A DNA stretch of 64,000 nucleotides from Eimeria praecox (Eukaryota): positions 3,472,001 through 3,536,000 of the forward strand of contig OY986949.1 in assembly GCA_963920595.1 (NCBI GenBank). Reading direction: 5' to 3'. Shown piece after piece: positions 36,601 through 50,100 of the stretch. The position numbers and the translations under genes were made by a program. Each line of letters starts with the position of its first letter. The first letter of the stretch is position 1. The notes beneath the pieces were generated by a model. It was not told where the DNA came from and searched no databases. It was given only the letters and a program-made list of their open reading frames with translations.

Positions 36601-39600
36601 AACCACATCTAAACACACACAGATTCAAAGCCAGCCAGACATTTGTTTGCTTGACATATGACACAGACGCCACGAACTAGACCACACTCAAACACGTAGA
36701 TAGTCCAATGCACTCCAAACTGCAACAGGTGCTCCTGCCCAACCAACCTGCTTAGCCAAGACGCGTCTGCCCACACGCGTAGCCAAACGCACTTGCTCAG
36801 GCGTCTGAACAGAGACCCAACGCGCCAAGACGCATTTGCTGAATATGCCAAGACCGGCAAACACCTATCACCTATACAGCCACAACTCCAACAACGCACT
36901 GCAAAACGCATGCAGATGCCCACACCCTTCGCCGCTGCAAAAGAACAACTAACGCGTGCGATCCCCTCCCCCACATACTCATCTACGCCACTACGTCCAA
37001 CACATCAGAGCCAGACACTTCGTCGCCTGACAAATGACACAAAACGCTCCAAATAAACCCCATCTAAACACACACAGATTCAAAGCCAGCCAGACATTTG
37101 TTTGTTTGACATATGACACAGAAGCCACGAACAATACCACACCCAAACACCGAAATATTCCAATACAGTTAAAACTGCAACAGGTGCTCTTGCCCAACCA
37201 ACCTGCTTACCCAAGACGCGTCTGCCCGCACGCGTAGCCAAACGCACTTCCTCAGTCGTCTGAACAGAGACCCAACGCGCCAAGACGCATTTGCTGAATA
37301 TGCCAAGACCGGCAAACACCTATCACCTATACAGCCACAACTCCAACAACGCACTGCAAAACGCATGCAGATGCCCACACCCTTCGCCGCTGCAAAAGAA
37401 CAACTAACGCGTGCGATACCCTCCCCCACATACGCATCTACGCCACTACACCCAACACATCAGAGCCAGACACTTCGTCGCCCGAAAAATATCACAAAAT
37501 GCTCCAAGTAAACCACATCTAAACACACACAGATTCAAAGCCAGCCAGACATTTGTTTGCTTGACATATGACACAGACGCCACGAACTAGACCACACTCA
37601 AACACGTAGATAGTCCAATGCACTCCAAACTGCAACAGGTGCTCCTGCCCAACCAACCTGCTTAGCCAAGACGCGTCTGCCCACACGCGTAGCCAAACGC
37701 ACTTGCTCAGGCGTCTGAACAGAGACCCAACGCGCCAAGACGCATTTGCTGAATATGCCAAGACCGGCAAACACCTATCACCTATACAGCCACAACTCCA
37801 ACAACGCACTGCCAAACACATGCAGCTGCCCACACACTTCGCCGCTACAAAAAAACAACTAACGCGTGCGATACCCTCCCCCACATACGCATCTACGCCA
37901 CTACACCCAACACATCAGAGCCAGACACTTCGTCGCCCGACAAATATCACAAAATGCTCCAAGTAAACCACATCTAAACACACACAGATTCAAAGCCAGC
38001 CAGACATTTGTTTGTTTGACATATGACATAGACGCCACGAACAAAACCACACCCAAACACCTAAATATTCCAATACAGTTAAAACTGCAACAGGTGCTCT
38101 TGCCCAACCAACCTGCTTACCCAAGACGCGTCTGCACACACGCGTAGCCAAACGCACTTCCTCAGGCGTCTGAACAGAGACCCAACGCGCCAAGACGCAT
38201 TTGCTGAATATGCCAAGACCGGCAAACACCTATCACCTATACAGCCACAACTCCACCAACGCACTGCCAAACGCATGCAGATACCCACACCCTTCCCCGC
38301 TGCAAAAGAACAACTAACGTGTGCGATCCCCTCCTCCACATACGCATCTACGCCACTACGTCCAACGCATCAAAGCCAGACACTTCGTCGCCTGACAAAT
38401 GACACAAAACGCTCCAAATAAACCCCATCTAAACACACACAGATTCAAAGCCAGCCAGACATTTGTTTGCTTGACATATGACACAGAAGCCACGAACAAA
38501 ACCACACCCAAACACCGAAATATTCCAATACAGTTAAAACTGCAACAGGTGCTCTTGCCCAACCAACCTGCTTACCCAAGACGCGTCTGCCCACACGCGT
38601 AGCCAAACGCACTTCCTCAGTCGTCTGAACAGAGACCCAACGCGCCAAGACGCATTTGCTGAATATGCCAAGACCGGCAAACACCTATCACCTATACAGC
38701 CACAACTCCAACAACGCACTGCCAAACGCATGCAGATACCCACACCCTTCGCCGCTGCAAAAGAACAACTAACGCGTGCGATACCCTCCCCCACATACTC
38801 ATCTACGCCACTACGTCCAACACATCAGAGCCAGACACTTCGTCGCCCGACAAATGACACAAAACGCTCCAAATAAACCCCATCTAAACACACACAGATT
38901 CAAAGCCAGCCAGACATTTGTTTGTTTGACATATGACACAGAAGCCACGAACAAAACCACACCCAAACACCGAAATATTCCAATACAGTTAAAACTGCAA
39001 CAGGTGCTCCTGCCCAACCAACCTGCTTACCCAAGACGCGTCTGCCCACACGCGTAGCCAAACGCACTTCCTCAGTCGTCTGAACAGAGACCCAACGCGC
39101 CAAGACGCATTTGCTGAATATGCCAAGACCGGCAAACACCTATCACCTATACAGCCACAACTCCAACAACGCACTGCAAAACGCATGCAGATGCCCACAC
39201 ACTTCGCCGCTGCAAAAAAACAACTAACGCGTGCGATCCCCTCCCCCACATACGCATCTACGCCACTACGTCCAACACATCAAAACCAGACACTTCGTCG
39301 CCCGACAAATGACACAAAACGCTCCAAATAAACCACATCTAAACACACACAGATTCAAAGCCAGCCAGACATTTGTTTGCTTGACATATGACACAGACGC
39401 CACGAACTAGACCACACTCAAACACGTAGATAGTCCAATGCACTCCAAACTGCAACAGGTGCTCCTGCCCAACCAACCTGCTTAGCCAAGACGCGTCTGC
39501 CCACACGCGTAGCCAAACGCACTTGCTCAGGCGTCTGAACAGAGACCCAACGCGCCAAGACGCATTTGCTGAATATGCCAAGACCGGCAAACACCTATCA

Positions 39601-42600
39601 CCTATACAGCCACAACTCCAACAACGCACTGCAAAACGCATGCAGATGCCCACACCCTTCGCCGCTGCAAAAGAACAACTAACGCGTGCGATCCCCTCCC
39701 CCACATACTCATCTACGCCACTACACCCAACACATCAGAGCCAGACACTTCGTCGCCTGACAAATGACACAAAACGCTCCAAATAAACCCCATCTAAACA
39801 CACACAGATTCAAAGCCAGCCAGACATTTGTTTGTTTGACATATGACACAGAAGCCACGAACAATACCACACCCAAACACCGAAATATTCCAATACAGTT
39901 AAAACTGCAACAGGTGCTCTTGCCCAACCAACCTGCTTACCCAAGACGCGTCTGCCCGCACGCGTAGCCAAACGCACTTCCTCAGTCGTCTGAACAGAGA
40001 CCCAACGCGCCAAGACGCATTTGCTGAATATGCCAAGACCGGCAAACACCTATCACCTATACAGCCACAACTCCAACAACGCACTGCAAAACGCATGCAG
40101 ATGCCCACACCCTTCGCCGCTGCAAAAGAACAACTAACGCGTGCGATACCCTCCCCCACATACGCATCTACGCCACTACACCCAACACATCAGAGCCAGA
40201 CACTTCGTCGCCCGAAAAATATCACAAAATGCTCCAAGTAAACCACATCTAAACACACACAGATTCAAAGCCAGCCAGACATTTGTTTGCTTGACATATG
40301 ACACAGACGCCACGAACTAGACCACACTCAAACACGTAGATAGTCCAATGCACTCCAAACTGCAACAGGTGCTCCTGCCCAACCAACCTGCTTAGCCAAG
40401 ACGCGTCTGCCCACACGCGTAGCCAAACGCACTTGCTCAGGCGTCTGAACAGAGACCCAACGCGCCAAGACGCATTTGCTGAATATGCCAAGACCGGCAA
40501 ACACCTATCACCTATACAGCCACAACTCGACCAACGCACTGCCAAACACATGCAGCTGCCCACACACTTCGCCGCTACAAAAAAACAACTAACGCGTGCG
40601 ATACCCTCCCCCACATACGCATCTACGCCACTACACCCAACACATCAGAGCCAGACACTTCGTCGCCCGACAAATATCACAAAATGCTCCAAGTAAACCA
40701 CATCTAAACACACACAGATTCAAAGCCAGCCAGACATTTGTTTGTTTGACATATGACATAGACGCCACGAACAAAACCACACCCAAACACCTAAATATTC
40801 CAATACAGTTAAAACTGCAACAGGTGCTCTTGCCCAACCAACCTGCTTACCCAAGACGCGTCTGCACACACGCGTAGCCAAACGCACTTCCTCAGTCGTC
40901 TGAACAGAGACCCAACGCGCCAAGACGCATTTGCTGAATATGCCAAGACCGGCAAACACCTATCACCTATACAGCCACAACTCCACCAACGCACTGCCAA
41001 ACGCATGCAGATACCCACACCCTTCCCCGCTGCAAAAGAACAACTAACGTGTGCGATCCCCTCCTCCACATACGCATCTACGCCACTACGTCCAACACAT
41101 CAGAGCCAGACACTTCGTCGCCCGACAAATGACACAAAACGCTCCAAGTAAACCACATCTAAACACACACAGATTCAAAGCCAGCCAGACATTTGTTTGC
41201 TTGACATATGGCACAGACGCCACGAACTAGACCGCACTCAAACACCTAGATAGTCCAATGCACTCCAAACTGCAACAGGTGCTCCTGCCCAACCAGCCTG
41301 CTTAGCCAAGACGCGTCTGCCCACACGCGTAGCCAAACGCACTTGCTCAGGCGTCTGAACAGAGACCCAACGCGCCAAGACGCATTTGCTGAATATGCCA
41401 AGACCGGCAAACACCTATCACCCATACAGCCACAACTCCACCAACGCACTGCCAAACGCATGCAGCTGCCCACACACTTCGCCGCTACAAAAAAACAACT
41501 AACGCGTGCGATACCCTCCCCCACATACGCATCTACGCCACTACACCCAACACATCAGAGCCAGACACTTCGTCGCCCGACAAATGACACAAAACGCTCC
41601 AAGTAAACCACATCTAAACACACACAGATTCAAAGCCAGCCAGACATTTGTTTGCTTGACATATGGCACAGACGCCACGAACTAGACCGCACTCAAACAC
41701 CTAGATAGTCCAATGCACTCCAAACTGCAACAGGTGCTCCTGCCCAACCAGCCTGCTTAGCCAAGACGCGTCTGCCCACACGCGTAGCCAAATGCACTTG
41801 CTCAGGCGTCTGAACAGAGACCCAACGCGCCAAGACGCATTTGCTGAATATGCCAAGACCGGCAAACACCTATCACCCATACAGCCACAACTCCACCAAC
41901 GCACTCCCAAACGCATGCAGATGCCCACACACTTCGCCGCTACAAAAGAACAACTAACGCGTGCGATACCCTCCCCCACATACGCATCTACGCCACTACG
42001 TACAACGCATCAAAGCAAGACACTTCGTCGCCCGACAAATGACACAAAACGCTCCAAATAAACCCCATCTAAACACACACAGATTCAAAGCCAGCCAGCC
42101 ATTTGTTTGTTTGACATATGACACAGACGCCACGAACTAGACCGCACTCAAACACCTAGATAGTCCAATGCACTCCAAACTGCAACAGGTGCTCCTGCCC
42201 AACCAGCCTGCTTAGCCAAGACGCGTCTGCCCACACGCGTAGCCAAATGCACTTGCTCAGGCGTCTGAACAGAGACCCAACGCGCCAAGACGCATTTGCT
42301 GAATATGCCAAGACCGGCAAACACCTATCACCCATACAGCCACAACTCCACCAACGCACTGCCAAACGCATGCAGCTGCCCACACACTTCGCCGCTACAA
42401 AAAAACAACTAACGCGTGCGATACCCTCCCCCACATACGCATCTACGCCACTACACCCAACACATCAGAGCCAGACACTTCGTCGCCCGACAAATGACAC
42501 AAAACGCTCCAAGTAAACCACATCTAAACACACACAGATTCAAAGCCAGCCAGACATTTGTTTGCTTGACATATGGCACAGACGCCACGAACTAGACCGC

Positions 42601-45600
42601 ACTCAAACACCTAGATAGTCCAATGCACTCCAAACTGCAACAGGTGCTCCTGCCCAACCAACCTGCTTAGCCAAGACGCGTCTGCCCACACGCGTAGCCA
42701 AACGCACTTGCTCAGGCGTCTGAACAGAGACCCAACGCGCCAAGACGCATTTGCTGAATATGCCAAGACCGGCAAACACCTATCACCCATACAGCCACAA
42801 CTCCACCAACGCACTCCCAAACGCATGCAGATGCCCACACACTTCGCCGCTGCAAAAGAACAATTAACGCGTGCGATCCTTTCCCCCACATACGCATCTA
42901 CGCCACTACGTCCAACGCATCAAAGCAAGACACTTCGTCGCCTGACAAATATCACAAAACGCTCCAAGTAAACCACATCTAAACACACACAGATTCAAAG
43001 CCAGCCAGACATTTGTTTGCTTGACATATGACGCAGACGCCACGAACTAGACCGCACTCAAACACCTAGATAGTCCAATGCACTCCAAACTGCAACAGCT
43101 GCTCCTGCCCAACCAGCCTGCTTAGCCAAGACGCGTCTGCACACACGCTTAGCCAAACGCACTTCCTCAGGCGTCTGAACAGAGACCCAACGCGCCAAGA
43201 CGCATTTGCTGAATATGCCAAGACCGGCAAACACCTATCACCCATACAGCCACAACTCCACCAACGCACTCCCAAACGCATGCAGATGCCCACACACTTC
43301 GCCGCTGCAAAAGAACAATTAACGCGTGCGGTCCCCTCCCCCACATACGCATCTACGCCACTACGTCCAACGCATCAAAGCCAGACACTTCGTCGCCTGA
43401 CAAATGACACAAAACGCTCCAAATAAACCACATCTGAACACACACAGATTCAAAGCCAGCCAGACATTTGTTTGCTTGACATATGGCACAGAAACCACGA
43501 ACAAAACCACACCCAAACACCGAAATATTCCAATACAGTTCAAACTGCAACAGGTGCTCCTGCCCAACCAACCTGCCTATCCAAGACGCGTCTGCCCGCA
43601 CGCTTAGCCAAACGCACTTCCTCAGCCGTCTGGACAGAGGCCCAACGCGCCAAGACGCATTTGCTGAATATGCCAAGACCGGCAAACACCTATCACCCAT
43701 ACAGCCACAACTCCACCAACGCACTCCCAAACGCATGCAGATGCCCACACACTTCGCCGCTACAAAAGAACAATTAACGCGTGCGGTCCCCTCCCCCACA
43801 TACGCATCTACGCCACTACACCCAACACATCAAAGCCAGACACTTCGTCGCCCGACAAATATCACAAAACGCTCCAAGTAAACCACATCTAAACACACAC
43901 AGATTCAAAGCCAGCCAGACATTTGTCTGCTTGACATATGACACAGACGCCACGGACTAGACCGCACGCAAGCACCTAGATAGTCCAATGCACTCCAAAC
44001 TGCAACAGCTGCCCCTGCCCAACCAACCTGCTTAGCCAAGATGCATCTGCACACACGCGTAGCCAAACGCACTTGCTCAGGCGTCTGAACAGAGACCCAA
44101 CGCGCCAAGACGCATTTGCTGAATATGCCAAGACCGGCAAACACCTATCACCCATACAGCCACAACTCCACCAACGCACTCCCAAACGCATGCAGATGCC
44201 CACACACTTCGCCGCTGCAAAAGAACAATTAAGGCGTGCGATCCGTTCCCCCACATACGCATCTACGCCACTACGTCCAACGCATCAAAGCAAGACACTT
44301 CGTCGCCCGACAAATGACACAAAACGCTCCAAGTAAACCACATCTAAACACACACAGATTCAAAGCCAGCCAGACATTTGTTTGCTTGACATATGACACA
44401 GACGCCACGAACTAGACCGCACTCAAACACCTAGATAGTCCAATGCACTCCAAACTGCAACAGGTGCTCCTCCCCAACCAGCCTGCTTAGCCAAGACGCG
44501 TCTGCCCACACGCGTAGCCAAACGCACTTCCTCAGGCGTCTGAACAGAGACCCAACGCGCCAAGACGCATTTGCTGAATATGCCAAGACCGGCAAACACC
44601 TATCACCCATACAGCCACAACTCCACCAACGCACTGCCAAACGCATGCAGCTGCCCACACACTTCGCCGCTACAAAAAAACAACTAACGCGTGCGATACC
44701 CTCCCCCACATACGCATCTACGCCACTACACCCAACACATCAGAGCCAGACACTTCGTCGCCCGACAAATGACACAAAACGCTCCAAGTAAACCACATCT
44801 AAACACACACAGATTCAAAGCCAGCCAGACATTTGTTTGCTTGACATATGGCACAGACGCCACGAACTAGACCGCACTCAAACACCTAGATAGTCCAATG
44901 CACTCCAAACTGCAACAGGTGCTCCTGCCCAACCAGCCTGCTTAGCCAAGACGCGTCTGCCCACACGCGTAGCCAAATGCACTTGCTCAGGCGTCTGAAC
45001 AGAGACCCAACGCGCCAAGACGCATTTGCTGAATATGCCAAGACCGGCAAACACCTATCACCCATACAGCCACAACTCCACCAACGCACTCCCAAACGCA
45101 TGCAGATGCCCACACACTTCGCCGCTACAAAAGAACAACTAACGCGTGCGATACCCTCCCCCACATACGCATCTACGCCACTACGTCCAACACATCAGAG
45201 CAAGACCCTTCGTCGCCCGACAAATATCACAAAATGCTCCAAGTAAACCACATCTAAACACACACAGATTCAAAGCCAGCCAGACATTTGTTTGCTTGAC
45301 ATATGACGCAGACGTCACGAACAAAGCCACACCCAAACACCGAAATATTCCAATACACTCCAAACTGCAACAGCTGCTCCTGCGCAACCAACCTGCTTAC
45401 CCAAGACGCGTCTGCCCGCACGCGTAGCCAAACGCACTTCCTCAGTCGTCTGAACAGAGACCCAACGCGCCAAGACGCATTTGCTGAATATGCCAAGACC
45501 GGCAAACACCTATCACCTATACAGCCACAACTCCACCAACGCACTGCCAAACGCATGCAGCTGCCCACACACTTCGCCGCTGCAAAAGAACAATTAAGGC

Positions 45601-48284
45601 GTGCGATCCTTTCCCCCACATACGCATCTACGCCACTACGTCCAACGCATCAAAGCAAGACACTTCGTCGGCCGACAAATATCACAAAACGCTCCAAATA
45701 AACCCCATCTAAACACACACAGATTCAAAGCCAGCCAGACATTTGTTTGCTTGACATATGACACAGACGCCACGAACTAGACCGCACTCAAACACCTAGA
45801 TAGTCCAATGCACTCCAAACTGCAACAGGTGCTCCTGCCCAACCAACCTGCTTAGCCAAGACGCGTCTGCACACACGCTTAGCCAAACGCACTTGCTCAG
45901 GCGTCTGAACAGAGACCCAACGCGCCAAGACGCATTTGCTGAATATGCCAAGACCGGCAAACACCTATCACCCATACAGCCACAACTCCACCAACGCACT
46001 CCCAAACGCATGCAGATGCCCACACACTTCGCCGCTACAAAAAAACAACTAACGCGTGCGATACCCTCCCCCACATACGCATCTACGCCACTACACCCAA
46101 CACATCAGAGCCAGACACTTCGTCGGCCGACAAATATCACAAAACGCTCCAAGTAAAACACATCTAAACACACACAGATTCAAAGCCAGCCAGACATTTG
46201 TTTGCTTGACATATGACGCAGACGCCACGAACAAAGCCACACCCAAACACCTAAAGATTCCAATACACTCCAAACTGCAACAGCTGCTCCTGCGCAACCA
46301 ACCTGCTTACCCAAGACGCGTCTGCCCGCACGCGTAGCCAAACGCACTTCCTCAGTCGTCTGAACAGAGACCCAACGCGCCAAGACGCATTTGCTGAATA
46401 TGCCAAGACCGGCAAACACCTATCACCTATACAGCCACAACTCCACCAACGCACTGCCAAACGCATGCAGCTGCCCACACACTTCGCCGCTGCAAAAGAA
46501 CAATTAAGGCGTGCGATCCTTTCCCCCACATACGCATCTACGCCACTACGTCCAACGCATCAAAGCAAGACACTTCGTCGGCCGACAAATATCACAAAAC
46601 GCTCCAAATAAACCCCATCTAAACACACACAGATTCAAAGCCAGCCAGACATTTGTTTGCTTGACATATGACACAGACGCCACGAACTAGACCGCACTCA
46701 AACACCTAGATAGTCCAATGCACTCCAAACTGCAACAGGTGCTCCTGCCCAACCAACCTGCTTAGCCAAGACGCGTCTGCACACACGCTTAGCCAAACGC
46801 ACTTGCTCAGGCGTCTGAACAGAGACCCAACGCGCCAAGACGCATTTGCTGAATATGCCAAGACCGGCAAACACCTATCACCCATACAGCCACAACTCCA
46901 CCAACGCACTCCCAAACGCATGCAGATGCCCACACACTTCGCCGCTACAAAAAAACAACTAACGCGTGCGATACCCTCCCCCACATACGCATCTACGCCA
47001 CTACACCCAACACATCAGAGCCAGACACTTCGTCGGCCGACAAATATCACAAAACGCTCCAAGTAAAACACATCTAAACACACACAGATTCAAAGCCAGC
47101 CAGACATTTGTTTGCTTGACATATGACGCAGACGCCACGAACAAAGCCACACCCAAACACCTAAAGATTCCAATACACTCCAAACTGCAACAGCTGCTCC
47201 TGCGCAACCAACCTGCTTACCCAAGACGCGTCTGCCCGCACGCTTAGCCAAACGCACTTCCTCAGGCGTCTGAACAGAGACCCAACGCGCCAAGACGCAT
47301 TTGCTGAATATGCCAAGACCGGCAAACACCTATCACCTATACAGCCACAACTCCACCAACGCACTGCCAAACGCATGCAGATGCCCACACACTTCGCCGC
47401 TGCAAAAGAACAATTAACGCGTGCGGTCCCCTCCCCCACATACGCATCTACGCCACTACGTCCAACGCATCAAAGCAAGACACTTCGTCGCCCGACAAAT
47501 ATCACAAAAGGCTCCAAGTAAACCACATCTAAACACACACAGATTCAAAGCCAGCCAGACATTTGTTTGCTTGACATATGACGCAGACGCCACGAACTAG
47601 ACCGCACTCAAACACCTAGATAGTCCAATGCACTCCAAACTGCAACAGGTGCTCCTGCCCAACCAACCTGCTTAGCCAAGACGCGTCTGCACACACGCTT
47701 AGCCAAACGCACTTCCTCAGGCGTCTGAACAGAGACCCAACGCGCCAAGACGCATTTGCTGAATATGCCAAGACCGGCAAACACCTATCACCTATACAGC
47801 CACAACTCCACCAACGCACTGCAAAACGCATGCAGCTGCCCACACCCTTCGCCGCTACAAAAAAACAACTAACGCGTGCGGTCCCCTCCCCCACATACGC
47901 ATCTACGCCACTACACCCAACACATCAGAGCCAGACACTTCGTCGCCCGACAAATGACACAAAACGCTCCAAGTAAACCACATCTAAACACACACAGATT
48001 CAAAGCCAGCCAGACATTTGTTTGCTTCACATATGACACAGACGCCACGAACTAGACAACGCCCAAACACCTAAATATTCCAACACACTTCAAACTGCAA
48101 TAGATGCTCCTACCCAGCCAACCTGGCTACCAAAGGCGCGTCTACGGACACGCGTAGCCAAGCGCACTTCCGCCGTTTTCTGAAAAGAAACCCAGCGCGC
48201 CAAGACGCATTTGCTGAATATGCCAAGACCCGCAAACAGGTATCACCGATGCAACCACAGCTCCACCAACGCACTGCCAAACGC
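21620..48284. repeat. Tandem satellite array, 455-bp monomer, ~58.5 copies, C/A-rich top strand, with higher-order repeats
   Basis: The anchor aaactgcaa is at 21702 in the first copy and 48092 in the last: 26390 = 58 x 455 exactly. ORF-track peptides recur every 455 nt. The terminal copies (21620-21720, 48050-48284) are more diverged. Confidence 0.99.
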
Positions 48285-48539
48285 GATTTCGTGAACCCTG
48301 ATGTGTGGCGGCCGACGAGTAGTGCAAAGCTCTAGGCCTCTGCTTACCCCGTGGTGTGCGGCACTCGGAACTACAGCAACGGCTCCGATATGGTGGATGT
48401 AGGGTAGGTATATCTATCTGCCCTGGTGCTTGGCTAAACCCGCATTCTCAGCTTTCTAAGATCAAGCCAAATCCGCAAAACAATCATCTGGTTACCCAAT
48501 CAGGATATTTGTGCTTTGACAGCTTAGCGGGTGCTGAGA

Positions 48540-50100
48540 TGCACAGGCCTGAACTGACGCTTAGGGCAACCAATCACCAAAGCCGGAAGCAAAGCCCACG
48601 AGCTCGCTCCTGCTGTATTTCCACCCTTACCGCACACGACTAAGTTTGTCTCCCTGCTCACGAACGATCTAAAAGACTCTTCGAAACTTGATTCGGAGCC
48701 ACTAGCTCTACAACGGTAACCGGTCATTACCAGCAAGCACAAAAGAGAATATCCTGAAATGAACAACAAATGTCCAACAACAATGTCCCACTGCTTATTT
48801 GGCTCGTTTCATTGACCGTTTCCCCATTTACCTAAAGCAGACACCCAATACAAAGATGTGTTGTCATGCCGACTCACAGACTGGAAAAAGCCAGCAGCAC
48901 GCCTCCCTGGCTCTGCTAGTAACCTCAAACTAAAAATAGCTACCCCATTACGTACCGACGTGTGGCTGGGAGCGAGCCAATGTATCGGCATCCAAACGCC
49001 AGCACCCCCTTTCCAGCTCCAGTGCAAACCTCCTCCCAGTCCCACATGTGCATTCTAAAGATCTGCCCCTCCACACAGGTTAAGTGGCCAGGGGATAAGC
49101 GCACCTCCTCAAACTAAAACCGCCAGTAAGTGCGATACCACCGCGCCTTTCCCACAGCCATATTTCTTTCGACTTCGGAGGCACCAGTACCGCGTAAAAC
49201 CTCTACAGACAATACAGGCAACCGCATATAGTCTTGCCGTATGTGCGATCGAGCCCGCATCACCCCGCCCGTGATAAGGCCAGCTAAAATCCTCTTCCGC
49301 AAACACACCACATAAGCAGGCGGGACCCGCTTCCCAAGCGTACACAATGACAGAATGAACGTTACCTCGCGGAACAAGTTGCATCTCTCGTTTTACCGAA
49401 TCCGTGCGCAAAGCACAAGCAAGAGCTTGCGCTCCCTCAGGCGCTCGCACCAAACATCCCGCAAATCGTCCAGCCAACCGGGCATGCCGAAAGACTCCGT
49501 AGAAAAGCGCGTCTCCGTGAAGCTAAAGGTATCTTGCACATAAAGGCTGACAGTTTTAGCGTGCAATCGCAGTCCTGCCTGGTATGGTCTATGTTCACAG
49601 CAAACTGTGTGGCTGAGCCGTCAGATGAGCACTCTTTAAAAGGAATATATGCGGTGCATTGCGGACATCCACCCTCCGCATGGAAAGCCCTGAACTGACC
49701 CTTAAGGCATCCAACCACTTAATCGGCAGCATGAGCGCGGTTGCGCTGTACTTCCAGGCTTTGCATAAACCACGATTCCCATCATGCCCAAGGCCTTTTA
49801 AAAGTGCTATTCTGCATTTGGTGTGGAGCCAGTACTTCAGCATATGCAACACTGAATCTTTGAACAACAAGGCAATCCGTTTCCTGAGGGCAACACCGCC
49901 TGCCCAGCTACAACCAGTAAGTGCTTCTGTGAATGTTTGATCGCGCTTTTGCTCGTTCCCCTCAAGTAGAAATCCAATACAAGTGCACTGTTTATGTACA
50001 GTTTGAGCAGTGGCAAAGTAGCATGCATCACTCTGTCCCAAAAACAAACTGAAGATGGCTACTCCAATAGGCATCGACGCGTCGTTGAGAGGCATATGCA
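48540..50100. repeat. Old, diverged direct duplication with ~1.12-1.14 kb offset
   Basis: cctgaactgac(g/c)ctta(g/a)ggca(a/t)ccaa(t/c)cac at 48548 and 49689; caaact(a/g)aa(a/g)at(a/g)gctac(c/t)cca(t/a)ta(c/g)g..(c/t)cgacg(t/c)gt at 48926 and 50045. Confidence 0.75.

Noticed and set aside
21681..47894. Recurrent 86-148 aa minus-strand ORFs (MGEGIARVSCSFAAAK...) and plus-strand ORFs in every satellite monomer, as a tandem gene family
   Set aside because: 455 is not a multiple of 3, stop positions differ among copies, variants are freely non-synonymous, and several frames are open at once because the skewed composition is poor in stop codons. Ribosome profiling or proteomics would be needed to revive the idea.
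21620..48284. CRISPR-like array (conserved core plus variable segment)
   Set aside because: The variable parts are allelic variants of the same sequence, not unique spacers. The unit is 455 bp, the context is eukaryotic and there are no cas genes.
21620..48284. Tandem 5S rRNA, tRNA or snRNA gene array
   Set aside because: I could not recognise 5S, tRNA cloverleaf or snRNA motifs on either strand of the monomer. An Rfam/Infernal scan would be the definitive test.
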